Positions 19,874 to 29,443 of a stretch of DNA of 45,419 bases are shown here, in pieces. A program made the translations under genes and the position numbers. The notes under the pieces are model-generated. The model was not told the origin of the DNA and did not search any database. It saw only the letters and a program-made list of their open reading frames with translations. The DNA is from Alphaproteobacteria bacterium (GTDB lineage Bacteria > Pseudomonadota > Alphaproteobacteria > Rickettsiales > UBA998): positions 1 to 45,419 of the forward strand of contig JAKFYP010000056.1 of the NCBI GenBank assembly GCA_021730835.1. The letters run 5' to 3'. Every line of letters begins with the position of its first letter. Positions within the stretch are counted from its first letter, which is position 1.

Positions 19874-20577
19874 ACGCTGAGCGATTTGGGATCAAATGCG
19901 TGCATGCTGGCGGCTCGTTCGATGAGCGTGCACTGATGCGCGAATTTATTTTGCCAATAGGAAGGGAGATTAGCCAGTATGTCGCGGTAGAGCGCCAGAT
20001 TTTCCGGCGACCTGTCGCGTATCAGGGGATTGCCGACATAATGTTGGAATTCACCCAGTGCGCAAACTGCCAGAAGGTTTGCACTCGCTTTGTTTTGATA
20101 GGCAAAGCAGTCTTCACGTAAGGGAGGATATTCGTAAGAAAATTTACCTTCCAGTTTTTCCCGTGCTGCCCTTACCGCATTGCCTAACGCCGTTTCCGAA
20201 AATATAGTGCCTGTCTTACGTAAGGTTATGTCTGCCCCGGCCCTCAAAAGTGCATATAAATGCTCGCGTGCATTCGTTTTTTTGACAGCGATCGAGATGG
20301 CCCTTTCTCCGCCTGGGTCCGGCAGGTTCACATATTCTGGCAGTTTAGTCGCTTTCGGGAGAAAGAAAATATCGGAGATTCCGTGGTAGTAAGCATAAGT
20401 CAGCAACGTCATTTCTAGTTGTTGTTCGGCTATAACCTCAAATAAACAGGGATAACGTTCAAATAGATTGTTGTAGTAAGCCGCCTGTGAATTTAGCGTT
20501 CTATTCGCAATCGCTTGCTTTATATTCCGGGCGTAACCTTGAACAGGTTCAGGCATATCTTCCATTTTGATGGCCAC
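19870..20577 (-). CDS. hypothetical protein, possibly with an ankyrin-like repeat; lower-GC ORF
   Basis: A 235-aa ORF. The segment ERAISIAVKKTNAREHLYALLRAGADITLR loosely resembles one ankyrin repeat. A hand-counted 100-nt sample (20401-20500) is 39% G+C. The ORF is convergent with dnaQ, and the two ends overlap by 4 nt. Confidence 0.5.
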   Translation of the reverse strand: MAIKMEDMPEPVQGYARNIKQAIANRTLNSQAAYYNNLFERYPCLFEVIAEQQLEMTLLTYAYYHGISDIFFLPKATKLPEYVNLPDPGGERAISIAVKKTNAREHLYALLRAGADITLRKTGTIFSETALGNAVRAAREKLEGKFSYEYPPLREDCFAYQNKASANLLAVCALGEFQHYVGNPLIRDRSPENLALYRDILANLPSYWQNKFAHQCTLIERAASMHAFDPKSLSV

Positions 20578-20692
20578 TGTCGTACTCCGATAGGCTTGTG
20601 TCCTGATTGTCGGGTAAGCCGGTGAATTTCGGCTTTTTATGGTTATGGGTAACGCAAAACTGGAATAACAATAGCAGAAAAATGCGCATTTA

Positions 20693-21913
20693 TTAATGTT
20701 TTTTTACTTTCTCCAGTAGCATGTGGCGATCGGGCAAGTAATCCTCCTCTTCCCACCACTTTTCCAATCCTTTGAGTATCTCTCCCATGTGCGGGCCGGG
20801 GGAAAACCCGTGCGCCAGCAAATCTTTGCCGGTAAGTGGAAAAACAGGAGCCTGCCAACTTGCGGTCAGCGTTAGCGCCTGAGAGAGCGCGGCGTCATTC
20901 GGTGAGAGGGCCTGCTCCGCCGCGTCGCGCAGCAACAGGGCGACGGCATCCCGGTTGCCGTGGACGCGAATCTGGCGTTTGAGCGGTTTAGGCGCATGCG
21001 GCATGGCGCGATGCGTGGCATAAAGCGAAAGCGTGTCGCTATCGCGGCGCGAAAGTTTCCACCGTCGGGCAATGGCATCGGCGTTTACTTCACCCCGGCC
21101 ACGCAGCAGGAGCGCCAGACGCAGCAAGGGTAGGGGGACGGTATCATCCGGTTGCAAATGTTCCAGTGCTTCAGGAACGGCGGCCTCAAGCCCCAGATGC
21201 GACAACATGCAACATGAAGCCATGAGCTTCAGCGCCGTCAACGGATCAGGCGCGCCCAGCAGCCGGAACATCTCATGCTGAATCCGCTCGCCCGAGAGCG
21301 TCGCCAGTTGCGGCGCATGACGGGCACAGGCATCCAGCGCCGCCGTATCGGCGGGGGACTGCCCATGCGTGGCCAGAAAACGAAAAAAACGCAGCATGCG
21401 CAAATAATCTTCCTGAATGCGGGCATCGGTATCGCCGATAAAACGGATGCGGCCAGCTATCAGGTCATCCCGGCCATGCGTGTAATCCCACAGCATACCT
21501 TGCGGGCTGAGGGAAAGCGCATTGATGGTGAAATCACGGCGCATGGCGTCGGCTTGCCAGTCGCCGGTGAAAGCGACTTCGGCCCGGCGTCCGTCACAGG
21601 CGGTATCGGTGCGCAGGGTGGTCACCTCAATGGCGGTGTCGCCGATAACAACGGTGATCGTGCCGTGTCCGATGCCGGTGGGAATCGCCCGCAACCCGGC
21701 GCGCTCGCACAATGCCAGCATGGCGTCCGGCGCAGCGGGCGTTGTGGCGTCAAGATCGCCGGGAACGCGGCCCAGAAGACTATCGCGCACGCAGCCGCCG
21801 ACAAAGCGTAACTCATACCCGGCAGCGGCGAATGCTTCGGCCAGCCGGCGCGGCGCGGCGTCCTTCAGCCAGCCAAAGGCGGGGTGGGAGTGCATGTCAG
21901 CGGGGGTTTGCAT
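20693..21913 (-). CDS. cca: CCA-adding enzyme / poly(A) polymerase-family tRNA nucleotidyltransferase
   Basis: It has the class II nucleotidyltransferase motif FVGGCVRDSLLGRVPGDLDATT and then RRDFTINAL. Confidence 0.85.
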   Translation of the reverse strand: MQTPADMHSHPAFGWLKDAAPRRLAEAFAAAGYELRFVGGCVRDSLLGRVPGDLDATTPAAPDAMLALCERAGLRAIPTGIGHGTITVVIGDTAIEVTTLRTDTACDGRRAEVAFTGDWQADAMRRDFTINALSLSPQGMLWDYTHGRDDLIAGRIRFIGDTDARIQEDYLRMLRFFRFLATHGQSPADTAALDACARHAPQLATLSGERIQHEMFRLLGAPDPLTALKLMASCCMLSHLGLEAAVPEALEHLQPDDTVPLPLLRLALLLRGRGEVNADAIARRWKLSRRDSDTLSLYATHRAMPHAPKPLKRQIRVHGNRDAVALLLRDAAEQALSPNDAALSQALTLTASWQAPVFPLTGKDLLAHGFSPGPHMGEILKGLEKWWEEEDYLPDRHMLLEKVKKH

Positions 21914-22193
21914 CGTCGTCCGGGGTGATGATCCGGCCCTCGATCAGCTTGCCGTTTTCCAGATGCGCCGGTACATAGACACCCTCGCGGTTGGGTTTTT
22001 CACTCAGCGCGTAGAAAATAAAACTGGCGAAAAGCAGCGTAAAGGACGCGACAAGCGACCAGAATAACCCGCCCCGGGTGATATTTACCGGTTCGTCACC
22101 TTCCTTCAGGCGGCGGCGCTGATACCATATCCAGCCGATATAGACTATCAGGGGAATAAGAGCGGGCCACGCCCTGAAAAAAATAAACCGCAT
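21897..22193 (-). CDS. small two-TM membrane protein, hypothetical
   Basis: 98 aa with hydrophobic helices FFRAWPALIPLIVYIGWIWY and LFWSLVASFTLLFASFIFYAL. It overlaps the start of cca by 17 nt and is in operon-like order after glnD. Confidence 0.5.
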   Translation of the reverse strand: MRFIFFRAWPALIPLIVYIGWIWYQRRRLKEGDEPVNITRGGLFWSLVASFTLLFASFIFYALSEKPNREGVYVPAHLENGKLIEGRIITPDDDANPR

Positions 22194-22286
22194 GATGTCA
22201 GTCCTTGTTATTTGCTTTCAGGTTCGCTATCTCGCCACATGCGGCGTAGCTCCCCTCACCCCTCCCGTAAAAAAGGGTAGTATGTT

Positions 22287-25049
22287 TTACAGCGCGGCAA
22301 TCGCCTGCGCAATGTCGGCGCGTAACTGCTCCTGACGTGACTCACGGGTGATTTTAAACCCGTAACTATCCTTGACGTAAAACACATCCACCGCCCGTTC
22401 ACCATAGGTGTTGATATGCGCTGAGGCAATATTGATCTGCGCCTCGTGCAATGCCCGGCAAATCGCATGCAGCAGGCCGGGCGAATCCATGCAGTCCACC
22501 TCGATGATGGTGCAGGTTTCGCTGTCGCCGTTGTTAATAAAGACCTGTCCGGCAATGGCAAAATGATTGTGTTTTTTATGCCATGACGGATACGAGGGCA
22601 GTGGCGGCGGTGTACCGGACGCAGTAAACATGGTGTTCAGCTCGCGCCTGAGTCTGGGCATGCCTGAGCGGGCATCGAGCGGGCGTTTCGCCGCGTCCTG
22701 CAACAGCCAGGTTTGCACCGCCCAGCCATGCTTTAAGGTAAATACCCGCGCCCCGAGAATATTCGCCCCCGAGCGTGAAATTGCCCCGGCGACATCGGCC
22801 AGCAGCCCGCGCCGGTCAGGAGCGACCAGCAGGCCGAGCGTGGTGGCGCGGGCTTCATCGGCGCTTGTCTCCACGGCGAATGCGCCGGGGTTTTCCTCCG
22901 CCTCGCGCAGCAGCCGGGCTACAGTGGCATGCTCCTCTGCCGGGCGGCTTGACCAGTAGGCCGGAAACCCCTGATCCAGATAATGCAGGATTTCGGTATG
23001 GGTTAGCCCGGTCTCGGGCGCGTGCAGTGCCTGATCCAGCGCCTCGATATCGGGGTAGGGCAGGGCGTAGTTGCCGGTTTCGATATAATGCACGGCGCGA
23101 GTATAAAGCTCGCGCATTAACGCGCCTTTCCAGCCGTTCCATACGGTCGGGCCGACCGCCCGGATATCGGCGACGGTCAGTGCCAGCAGCAGCCGGAGTT
23201 TCTCCAATGAGCGCACTTTTTCCATGAAGCTGGCCAGCGTCGCCGGGTCGCTGAGGTCACGCTGGAAAGCGGTATGGCTATAAAGTGCATGATGGCGCAC
23301 CAGCCATGCTACCATCTCCTGCTCCTCGCCGGAGAACCCGAACCGTTCCGCCAGCGCCCGGGCGACCTCCGCGCCGCGCTCCTCATGCCGCCCGCCCTTG
23401 CCTTTGGCGATATCGTGGCACAGCAATGCGAGGTATAATACCCGTCGCGAATCCAGTCGCGGCAACAGGTCGGTGGTCAGCGGCAATTCCCGTCTTAAAT
23501 CTCCGTGCTCGATGGCGTGCAGCGTGCCGATGGCGACCAGCGTATGCTCATCGGTCGTATAGATATGATACATATCGAATTGCATCTGGCCGATGATATG
23601 GGCGAATTCGGGGATGAACTTTCCGAGAACACCTGATTCGTTGAGTCCTTTCAAGGCGATGACGCCGCAGGTAATATCGAGCAGCAAAGAGAGAAACAGC
23701 GCGTTGGCTTCCCGGTCTTTGCGCAACCGGTCGTCAATGAGGTGCAGGTGGCGCGAAATCAGTTGCAGGGTTTTGGGATGCACGTCGAGGCGCTGCCGCG
23801 CCGCCGTTGCGAATATCTCAAGAAAAGTGACCGGATGGCTGCAAAGCAGTTTTTCGTCCTCGAGCATCAGCCGGTTCTGCCAGACGGAGAAAACCCCCGC
23901 CCGTTGCTTACCGCCCCACAGGCGGTTAAAGCCGATGCGCGGATGGTATTTCTGTTCCTCCTCGAAGATCGAGCAAAAGACGCCGGTGAGATAACCGACA
24001 TCGCGGGCGATACGGAAATAATGCCGCATGAAACGCTCCACGGATGCGTTGGGGGTTTTGCCGCGATAGCCGAGCGCCTCTGCGATGCGCCGTTGCGCAT
24101 CGAAGGTCAGGCGTTCCTCGGCCCGTCCGGCGAGAATATGCAGGTGCAGCCGGATGACGGAGAGAAAGTGCCGCGCCTTGCGGAAGCGGCGATATTCGGC
24201 GTCGGTCAGCATGCCATGCCCCAGAAGCCCGCGCACGCCTGCCACGTCATAGGCGAATCGGGCCATCCAGTAGAGCGTATGCAGATCGCGCAGGCCTCCC
24301 TTGCCGTCCTTGATATTCGGCTCGAGCAGGTAGCGCGAATCGCCGCCGCGCAAATGGCGCTCGTTGCGCTCCAGCATTTTGGCCGAGAGAAAACGGTGGA
24401 TGTTGCCGGGTGTGCGTTCCTGACGCAGCATCTCGTGAAGCGCATCGGCGAGTGTGTTGTCTCCCGCGACCAGTCTTGCATCTAACAGATTGGAGAGAAA
24501 CTGCTGATCTTCAAGCTGGCCCCTGACCGCATCGAGCGGCAAAACCCGATGGCCGACGCTCAGCCCGAGATCCCACAGGAGGTACAAAATCGGCTCGCAG
24601 AGCGTTTTAATATCACGCTCCTTGCCCGCATAGAGAAACAGCAGGTCAATGTCCGAATGTAAAAACAGGTCGCGGCGGCCATAACCCCCGGCGGCGATAA
24701 CCGCCACTCCGCCCGTGGCTTTTCCCCTGTCGGAGCGGTGCTTCAGCAAGGCTCCGAACAATGATGAAAGCAGCGTATCCATTTGGTGAGTCAGGGCGGC
24801 GATAGCACCAAATGCATCGTGATTGCGCAAAAAAAGCGCGATGATTTCCGCCTGCCCGGATTGTATATGCGCCCGTATGGATTTCACGCATTGCGCGGAG
24901 AATTTGCCGCTTGCGTTAACTTCAATGGCAGGCCGCATGGTCGCGGCAATATCCGTTGGTTCTCGCTCTTCTCCGGCGCTGTGGGCAGTATCTGAAAGTG
25001 ACATAGGCAATCCGTTGCGAAGCAAGGCGGAACAAAACGGGCTGTACAT
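22287..25049 (-). CDS. glnD: [protein-PII] uridylyltransferase/uridylyl-removing enzyme
   Basis: It has the nucleotidyltransferase motif GGYGRRDLFLHSDIDLLFLY, an HD domain (ALLCHDIAKG) and two C-terminal ACT-like domains. About 900 aa; the start may be the internal Met at 25004. Confidence 0.93.
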   Translation of the reverse strand: MYSPFCSALLRNGLPMSLSDTAHSAGEEREPTDIAATMRPAIEVNASGKFSAQCVKSIRAHIQSGQAEIIALFLRNHDAFGAIAALTHQMDTLLSSLFGALLKHRSDRGKATGGVAVIAAGGYGRRDLFLHSDIDLLFLYAGKERDIKTLCEPILYLLWDLGLSVGHRVLPLDAVRGQLEDQQFLSNLLDARLVAGDNTLADALHEMLRQERTPGNIHRFLSAKMLERNERHLRGGDSRYLLEPNIKDGKGGLRDLHTLYWMARFAYDVAGVRGLLGHGMLTDAEYRRFRKARHFLSVIRLHLHILAGRAEERLTFDAQRRIAEALGYRGKTPNASVERFMRHYFRIARDVGYLTGVFCSIFEEEQKYHPRIGFNRLWGGKQRAGVFSVWQNRLMLEDEKLLCSHPVTFLEIFATAARQRLDVHPKTLQLISRHLHLIDDRLRKDREANALFLSLLLDITCGVIALKGLNESGVLGKFIPEFAHIIGQMQFDMYHIYTTDEHTLVAIGTLHAIEHGDLRRELPLTTDLLPRLDSRRVLYLALLCHDIAKGKGGRHEERGAEVARALAERFGFSGEEQEMVAWLVRHHALYSHTAFQRDLSDPATLASFMEKVRSLEKLRLLLALTVADIRAVGPTVWNGWKGALMRELYTRAVHYIETGNYALPYPDIEALDQALHAPETGLTHTEILHYLDQGFPAYWSSRPAEEHATVARLLREAEENPGAFAVETSADEARATTLGLLVAPDRRGLLADVAGAISRSGANILGARVFTLKHGWAVQTWLLQDAAKRPLDARSGMPRLRRELNTMFTASGTPPPLPSYPSWHKKHNHFAIAGQVFINNGDSETCTIIEVDCMDSPGLLHAICRALHEAQINIASAHINTYGERAVDVFYVKDSYGFKITRESRQEQLRADIAQAIAAL

Positions 25050-25087
25050 TGTACTCAGCCAACATTACACGAATAAGGTAAAAAAAT

Positions 25088-26008
25088 TTGTTGAAGCATA
25101 GCATGGTTTCTCCGGCCCTCTCACGCGAATTATCCGGCATCGCTCTGTTTGTCTTTGCTATGGCCTGTTTTGCCGTCATGAATACGGTGATCCGGGGAAT
25201 GGCGTCCGAGGTTTCCCCCTTTTTTCTGGTTTTTCTGCGCAATGTTATCAGTTGCGCGCTCATGCTGCCCTGGCTGTTGCATCATGGTGTCGGCGGGCTG
25301 GCGACAAAAAGGCTGGGGCGGCATTTCTGGCGGGCCTTTATCGGTATCATCGCAATGGAGACCTGGTTTTATTCGCTGGCGCATATGCCGCTTAACGAGG
25401 CGACGGCGCTGAGCTTTACCGCGCCGCTGTTCGCTGCCGTTTTCGCCGTCCTGCTGCTGGGTGAACGTGTTGGCCCGGCGCGCATCGCCGCGCTGGTGAC
25501 CGGATTCGCCGGAGCGATGCTGATTATCCGTCCGGGTATGGGCGGCTCACAAGGTGCGGCGTTGCTGGTGCTGTTCTCCGCCGCCATGATGGCACTGGCC
25601 GGAACCGTGGTTAAAACCTTAACCGCGACTGATCCGCCCTGGCGCATTGTCACCTATATGAGCGTGTTCATGGTGATTTTTTCCGCGCCTTTGGGGATTC
25701 TGTACTGGCAGGCGCTCAGCCCGGCGCAATGGATCGGGGCGCTGGCCATTGCGGTTTGCTCGACGGCGGCGCAAATGGCTATGGTCAGCTCCTTCATGCG
25801 GGCGGAAGTCATCGTATTAGTGCCGTTCGATTTCATGCGGCTGGTTTTTACCGCCATTCTTGCCTATGTTGTGTTCGGCGAGCCGCTGGGCCCACGGACG
25901 CTGGCAGGGGCTTGCGTGATCGTCGCCAGCGCCGCCTTTATCACCTGGAGAGAAACGAGGAAACGCCATGCCCGCCAGCCTGCCAGCCCGCCATCCGGCC
26001 CCGCATGA
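25088..26008 (+). CDS. EamA/DMT-family transporter
   Basis: It has 10 hydrophobic segments in two repeated halves, with typical EamA composition. 306 aa. Confidence 0.8.
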   Translation: MLKHSMVSPALSRELSGIALFVFAMACFAVMNTVIRGMASEVSPFFLVFLRNVISCALMLPWLLHHGVGGLATKRLGRHFWRAFIGIIAMETWFYSLAHMPLNEATALSFTAPLFAAVFAVLLLGERVGPARIAALVTGFAGAMLIIRPGMGGSQGAALLVLFSAAMMALAGTVVKTLTATDPPWRIVTYMSVFMVIFSAPLGILYWQALSPAQWIGALAIAVCSTAAQMAMVSSFMRAEVIVLVPFDFMRLVFTAILAYVVFGEPLGPRTLAGACVIVASAAFITWRETRKRHARQPASPPSGPA

Positions 26009-26795
26009 AACAATCCGCCACCGTGCCCGGCTGCTGACGCAACTGGTCAGGCGCGATACTGCCCAGCGCTATCGGGGGTCGTTGCTGGGCATGTGCTGGT
26101 CATTCCTGACGCCACTTTTGATGCTGGCGGTCTATACGTTCGTGTTTTCGGTCGTATTCCGGGCGCGGTGGAATACTGGCGGGCCACAGGATGATCCGGT
26201 TTCTTTCGCGTTGATTCTGTTTTGCGGGCTTATTGTTCACAGCCTGCTGGCGGAATGTCTGACCCGCGCTCCCGGAATCATTATAATGCACGGCAATTAT
26301 GTGAAAAAAGTCGTGTTCCCGATTGAAATTCTGCCGCTGCTGCCACTGGGGTCGGCTCTGTTTCATTTCACCGTCAGTTTCCTTGTTCTGCTGGCGGCAC
26401 AACTGGCGCTGATCGGGCAGATACACGCAACCGTCCTGTTGTTGCCGCTTGTTCTGACGCCGCTGGTGATTCTGGCCGCAGGCATCTGCTGGGCACTGGC
26501 GGCGCTTGGCGTCTATTTGCGTGACATTGGCCAGCTTTCCGGGTTGCTCGCTACCGTCTTGCTGTTTTTAAGCCCCGTCTTCTATCCGGCGGAAGCGCTG
26601 CCCGAGCATTTCCGTCCGCTTCTCTATGCCAATCCGCTCACGCTGATCATCGAAAACGCCCGCGCCGTCATCCTGTGGGGGAAGCCGCCCGCGTGGAGCG
26701 GGCTGGTCGCTTACGCCGTCTTTGCCGTTTCGTGTGCGTTCGCGGGTTATTTCTGCTTTGCAAAAACCCGTCGCGGTTTTGCCGATGTCCTCTGA
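25968..26795 (+). CDS. ABC-2 type exporter permease (Wzm/KpsM/TagG-like)
   Basis: The N-terminal RDTAQRYRGSLLGMCWSFLTPLLML is typical of polysaccharide ABC-2 permeases. It has 6 TM segments and overlaps the EamA gene by 41 nt. No ATPase gene follows. Confidence 0.75.
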   Translation: MPASLPARHPAPHETIRHRARLLTQLVRRDTAQRYRGSLLGMCWSFLTPLLMLAVYTFVFSVVFRARWNTGGPQDDPVSFALILFCGLIVHSLLAECLTRAPGIIIMHGNYVKKVVFPIEILPLLPLGSALFHFTVSFLVLLAAQLALIGQIHATVLLLPLVLTPLVILAAGICWALAALGVYLRDIGQLSGLLATVLLFLSPVFYPAEALPEHFRPLLYANPLTLIIENARAVILWGKPPAWSGLVAYAVFAVSCAFAGYFCFAKTRRGFADVL

Positions 26796-27083
26796 AAATC
26801 GGCAAAACCGTGGCAGCATTGCAACAGGCGCAGGCGGGTATATGGGGCATATAGCAAAATCCCTTGCGATAGCAATTGACAAGCATAGTCCCGATTTCCT
26901 AATCCTACGGTCAGTGATCCGGGCTGTGCCTGCTCCCGGCAGTTGCCGGTTAAGCAAGATGTCCGCTCACGGAGAGTTTTTGCTTGCAATCGGCAGCGCG
27001 AACGGTACAGTATGACCGCTCGCTCTCTGCATGCAGGGACAACCGGAATAACAGTTAGTTGAACCAAATAAAGGAACAAAGCA

Positions 27084-29387
27084 ATGACGGTATATGACTT
27101 TGATAGCATTGTAGGTCAATCGGTTGCGTTTAGCGCAAGCAGTGACATCCTCGTGCTGACCGGCGATTCAAACCTCTTCAGGTTTGAGCAGTCGGGCTCG
27201 AATACGATCGTAACCCGCCCCAGCACCAGTCACACGGTCACGTTGACCGGTATCACGCCGGCGGCGCTTACCAGCACCAACGTAATCCATACCGGCAGCG
27301 ATTCCACCGCTCTGTTCGGGGATAACAACACCTCCACTGCGGCGGATGGCGTGGCCAACACCATCAGCGTGGCGGCTACCGTTGCTGCGGCTGAAGAGGA
27401 GAATAACCTCGTTTATGGTTTGGGTGGCGGTGACACCATCACCGTCGGTAACGGTAACAACGTGATATTTGGTGGAACCGGCGTTGCCGATTCGACCGAT
27501 GGCGGCGATACCATCACCATCGACGGGACAATTGGCGCGACCAGCGGCAGTAACGTGGTTTACGGAAACGGCGGCAACGATCAGATCACTTTCACCGATC
27601 CGACCGGAGCAGGTCAGACTTCTTCCGTATTCGGCGGTCTGGGCGACGATCAGGTCACGACCGGCGCAGCTACCGGCACGCTGGAAATTCGTGGTAACGG
27701 AGGCAGCGATACGCTCAACGCAACCAACATGACCGGCTCGTTTACCATTTTCGGTGGAAACGGAATTGTTGACAGCACCGATGGCGGCGACACCATCACC
27801 ACCGGTCTGGGTAGCGGTACTGTTTACGGTAACGCTGGTGCGGATACCATTAACATTGCGGCCTTTATCGGCACGGCCAGCCAAAATATTTTCGCTGGTG
27901 CGGGCGATGATATTCTGGCCACGACGGGCGCTTCTGCCGGCGATCTGATGATCTCGGGCAACAGCGGCGGTGATTCCATTAACGTGGCCACCCATGTCGG
28001 CGAAGTTACCGTGTTTGGCGGCAATGGCCTTCAGGACAGCACGGACGGCAATGACAGCATCACGGCAGGTGCAGGAAACGCGGCTCACCGTGCTACCATC
28101 TATGGTAACGCTGGCGCAGATACCATTGTTTCCGCAGCAGCGCTTGCTGCCAGCGAAACCATCGTTGCGTTAGGTGGTTTGGGCGCGGATGTATTCAACA
28201 TCAGCGGCAACCGTTTTGCTAACAGCATTCTGAGCCTGACCGGCAACGAAGGTGACGACATCTACAACATCAACGATACTACACTTAGCAACGGTGATGC
28301 TGCGCTTACTATCACGGATTTTGCTTCCGGCGATATCTTCCGTGTGACGCTTGATGGTGCCGCGAACGCTGACGATCTGTCCGTTACGGGTCTTGGTTCA
28401 AGCGTGATCGTAGAGAATCCGGGTGGTAACTCTGGTACATATGTCTTCCAGAATTACACCGGTGCGTTTTCTGCGACCAATTTTGTTGTCAATGGCGGCA
28501 CGTCTCTCTTTATCACCAATACGGGCGGTACGGCTACTACGCTTACCGGCGGAACGGGTGACGATCAGCTAATTGCCGGTGACAATGGAGATACCCTCTC
28601 TGGCGCGAACGGAACCGACAAGCTGACCGGTGGTACGGGTGTTGACAGCGTTGACGGTGGCGCGGGCGTTGATACCATTGACACGGCGGCCGGTGCGGAT
28701 ACCGCGAACGGCGATGCCGGTGACGATGTGATCTCCGGTGGTGATGGCAACGACACGCTGAACGGCGGTGACGACAACGACACCATTAACGGTCAAAACG
28801 ACAATGACAGCATCACCGGCGGTAACGGAACGGATACCCTGAACGGGAATGCCGGTAACGATACCATTCTCGGTAATGCGGGTGCGGATACCATTGCCGG
28901 TGGCGATGGTAACGACACCATCAATGGTGGTGCTGCGGCTGATTCCATTACTGGTGGAAACGGTGCGGATACGGTTATCTTTGACGAGCCGGCGACCATT
29001 GACGTTGTGGTTGGAACCGAGGCGGTTTTGACAGTGGATATTTTCCACTTCGACAATAGCGCTCTGACGCTGGGAACCACCAACGACACGTTCCAGTCAG
29101 GCGCATTCGGGACGATTGCCTCTAACGGCAACATTCTGGTCGATACCGCTGGTAACCATGCCAACCTTGCTGCTGCCGCTGCGGCGATTGCGGGTAACGC
29201 TGCTATTACCGCGACGCAGGGTATCTTTATCTACGCTGATACCGGTGCGTCGGTGGTGCGGGTGATTCATTCGGATAACCTGGCGGGCGATGGTACGGAG
29301 ACTGAACTGGCACAGTTCACGTCACTGACCACCGGTTTCGCCAATCTTGACACCTTTACCTCCTCCAACTTTGATTTCATTGCATAA
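27084..29387 (+). CDS. RTX / hemolysin-type calcium-binding repeat protein, probable type I secretion substrate
   Basis: It has about 16 tandem GGxGxDxxx nonapeptides (GGTGVDSVDGGAGVDTID...GGDGNDTINGGAAADSITGGNGADTVIF). It contains no Cys, is acidic, and ends in ...SSNFDFIA. The T1SS ABC and MFP genes lie directly downstream. Confidence 0.9.
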   Translation: MTVYDFDSIVGQSVAFSASSDILVLTGDSNLFRFEQSGSNTIVTRPSTSHTVTLTGITPAALTSTNVIHTGSDSTALFGDNNTSTAADGVANTISVAATVAAAEEENNLVYGLGGGDTITVGNGNNVIFGGTGVADSTDGGDTITIDGTIGATSGSNVVYGNGGNDQITFTDPTGAGQTSSVFGGLGDDQVTTGAATGTLEIRGNGGSDTLNATNMTGSFTIFGGNGIVDSTDGGDTITTGLGSGTVYGNAGADTINIAAFIGTASQNIFAGAGDDILATTGASAGDLMISGNSGGDSINVATHVGEVTVFGGNGLQDSTDGNDSITAGAGNAAHRATIYGNAGADTIVSAAALAASETIVALGGLGADVFNISGNRFANSILSLTGNEGDDIYNINDTTLSNGDAALTITDFASGDIFRVTLDGAANADDLSVTGLGSSVIVENPGGNSGTYVFQNYTGAFSATNFVVNGGTSLFITNTGGTATTLTGGTGDDQLIAGDNGDTLSGANGTDKLTGGTGVDSVDGGAGVDTIDTAAGADTANGDAGDDVISGGDGNDTLNGGDDNDTINGQNDNDSITGGNGTDTLNGNAGNDTILGNAGADTIAGGDGNDTINGGAAADSITGGNGADTVIFDEPATIDVVVGTEAVLTVDIFHFDNSALTLGTTNDTFQSGAFGTIASNGNILVDTAGNHANLAAAAAAIAGNAAITATQGIFIYADTGASVVRVIHSDNLAGDGTETELAQFTSLTTGFANLDTFTSSNFDFIA

Positions 29388-29409
29388 TCAGAGACTGGAT
29401 TCGGTTTCA

Positions 29410-29443
29410 GGGGGCGGCTTTGAGAGCCGCCCCCTTTTTATTT
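29410..29443 (+). terminator. rho-independent terminator after the RTX gene
   Basis: A perfect 10-bp GC-rich stem, gggggcggct / agccgccccc, with the 5-nt loop ttgag. It is followed by tttttattt and starts 23 nt after the stop codon. Confidence 0.85.

Noticed and set aside
20610-20640. The hairpin aagccg-N8-cggctt followed by ttttta, between the ankyrin-like ORF and cca.
   Set aside because: The T-tract is on the plus strand, but both flanking genes are on the minus strand. On the minus strand the hairpin has no U-tract, so it is not called as a terminator.
23742-24485. A 247-aa plus-strand ORF inside glnD. Similar antisense ORFs lie in astB (33751..34464), coaE/dnaQ (18734..19354), argC (35830..36309) and the AlgJ-like gene (40225..40743).
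   Set aside because: All are shadow ORFs opposite strongly supported genes in GC-rich DNA, and none has a recognisable domain.
27168-29164. Long antisense or alternative-frame ORFs inside the RTX gene (27168..28088 minus, 306 aa; 28569..29048 minus; 28793..29164 minus).
   Set aside because: Their translations are low-complexity mirrors of the Gly/Asp/Thr repeat DNA. Open frames on the opposite strand are expected from the GGN/GAY-rich periodic sequence. The plus-strand frame has the real RTX motifs and the terminator.
27084-29387. Regularly spaced short DNA repeats, checked as a possible CRISPR array.
   Set aside because: The periodicity is 27 nt, which is the nonapeptide codon period, within one continuous ORF. 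There are no unique spacers and no cas genes.
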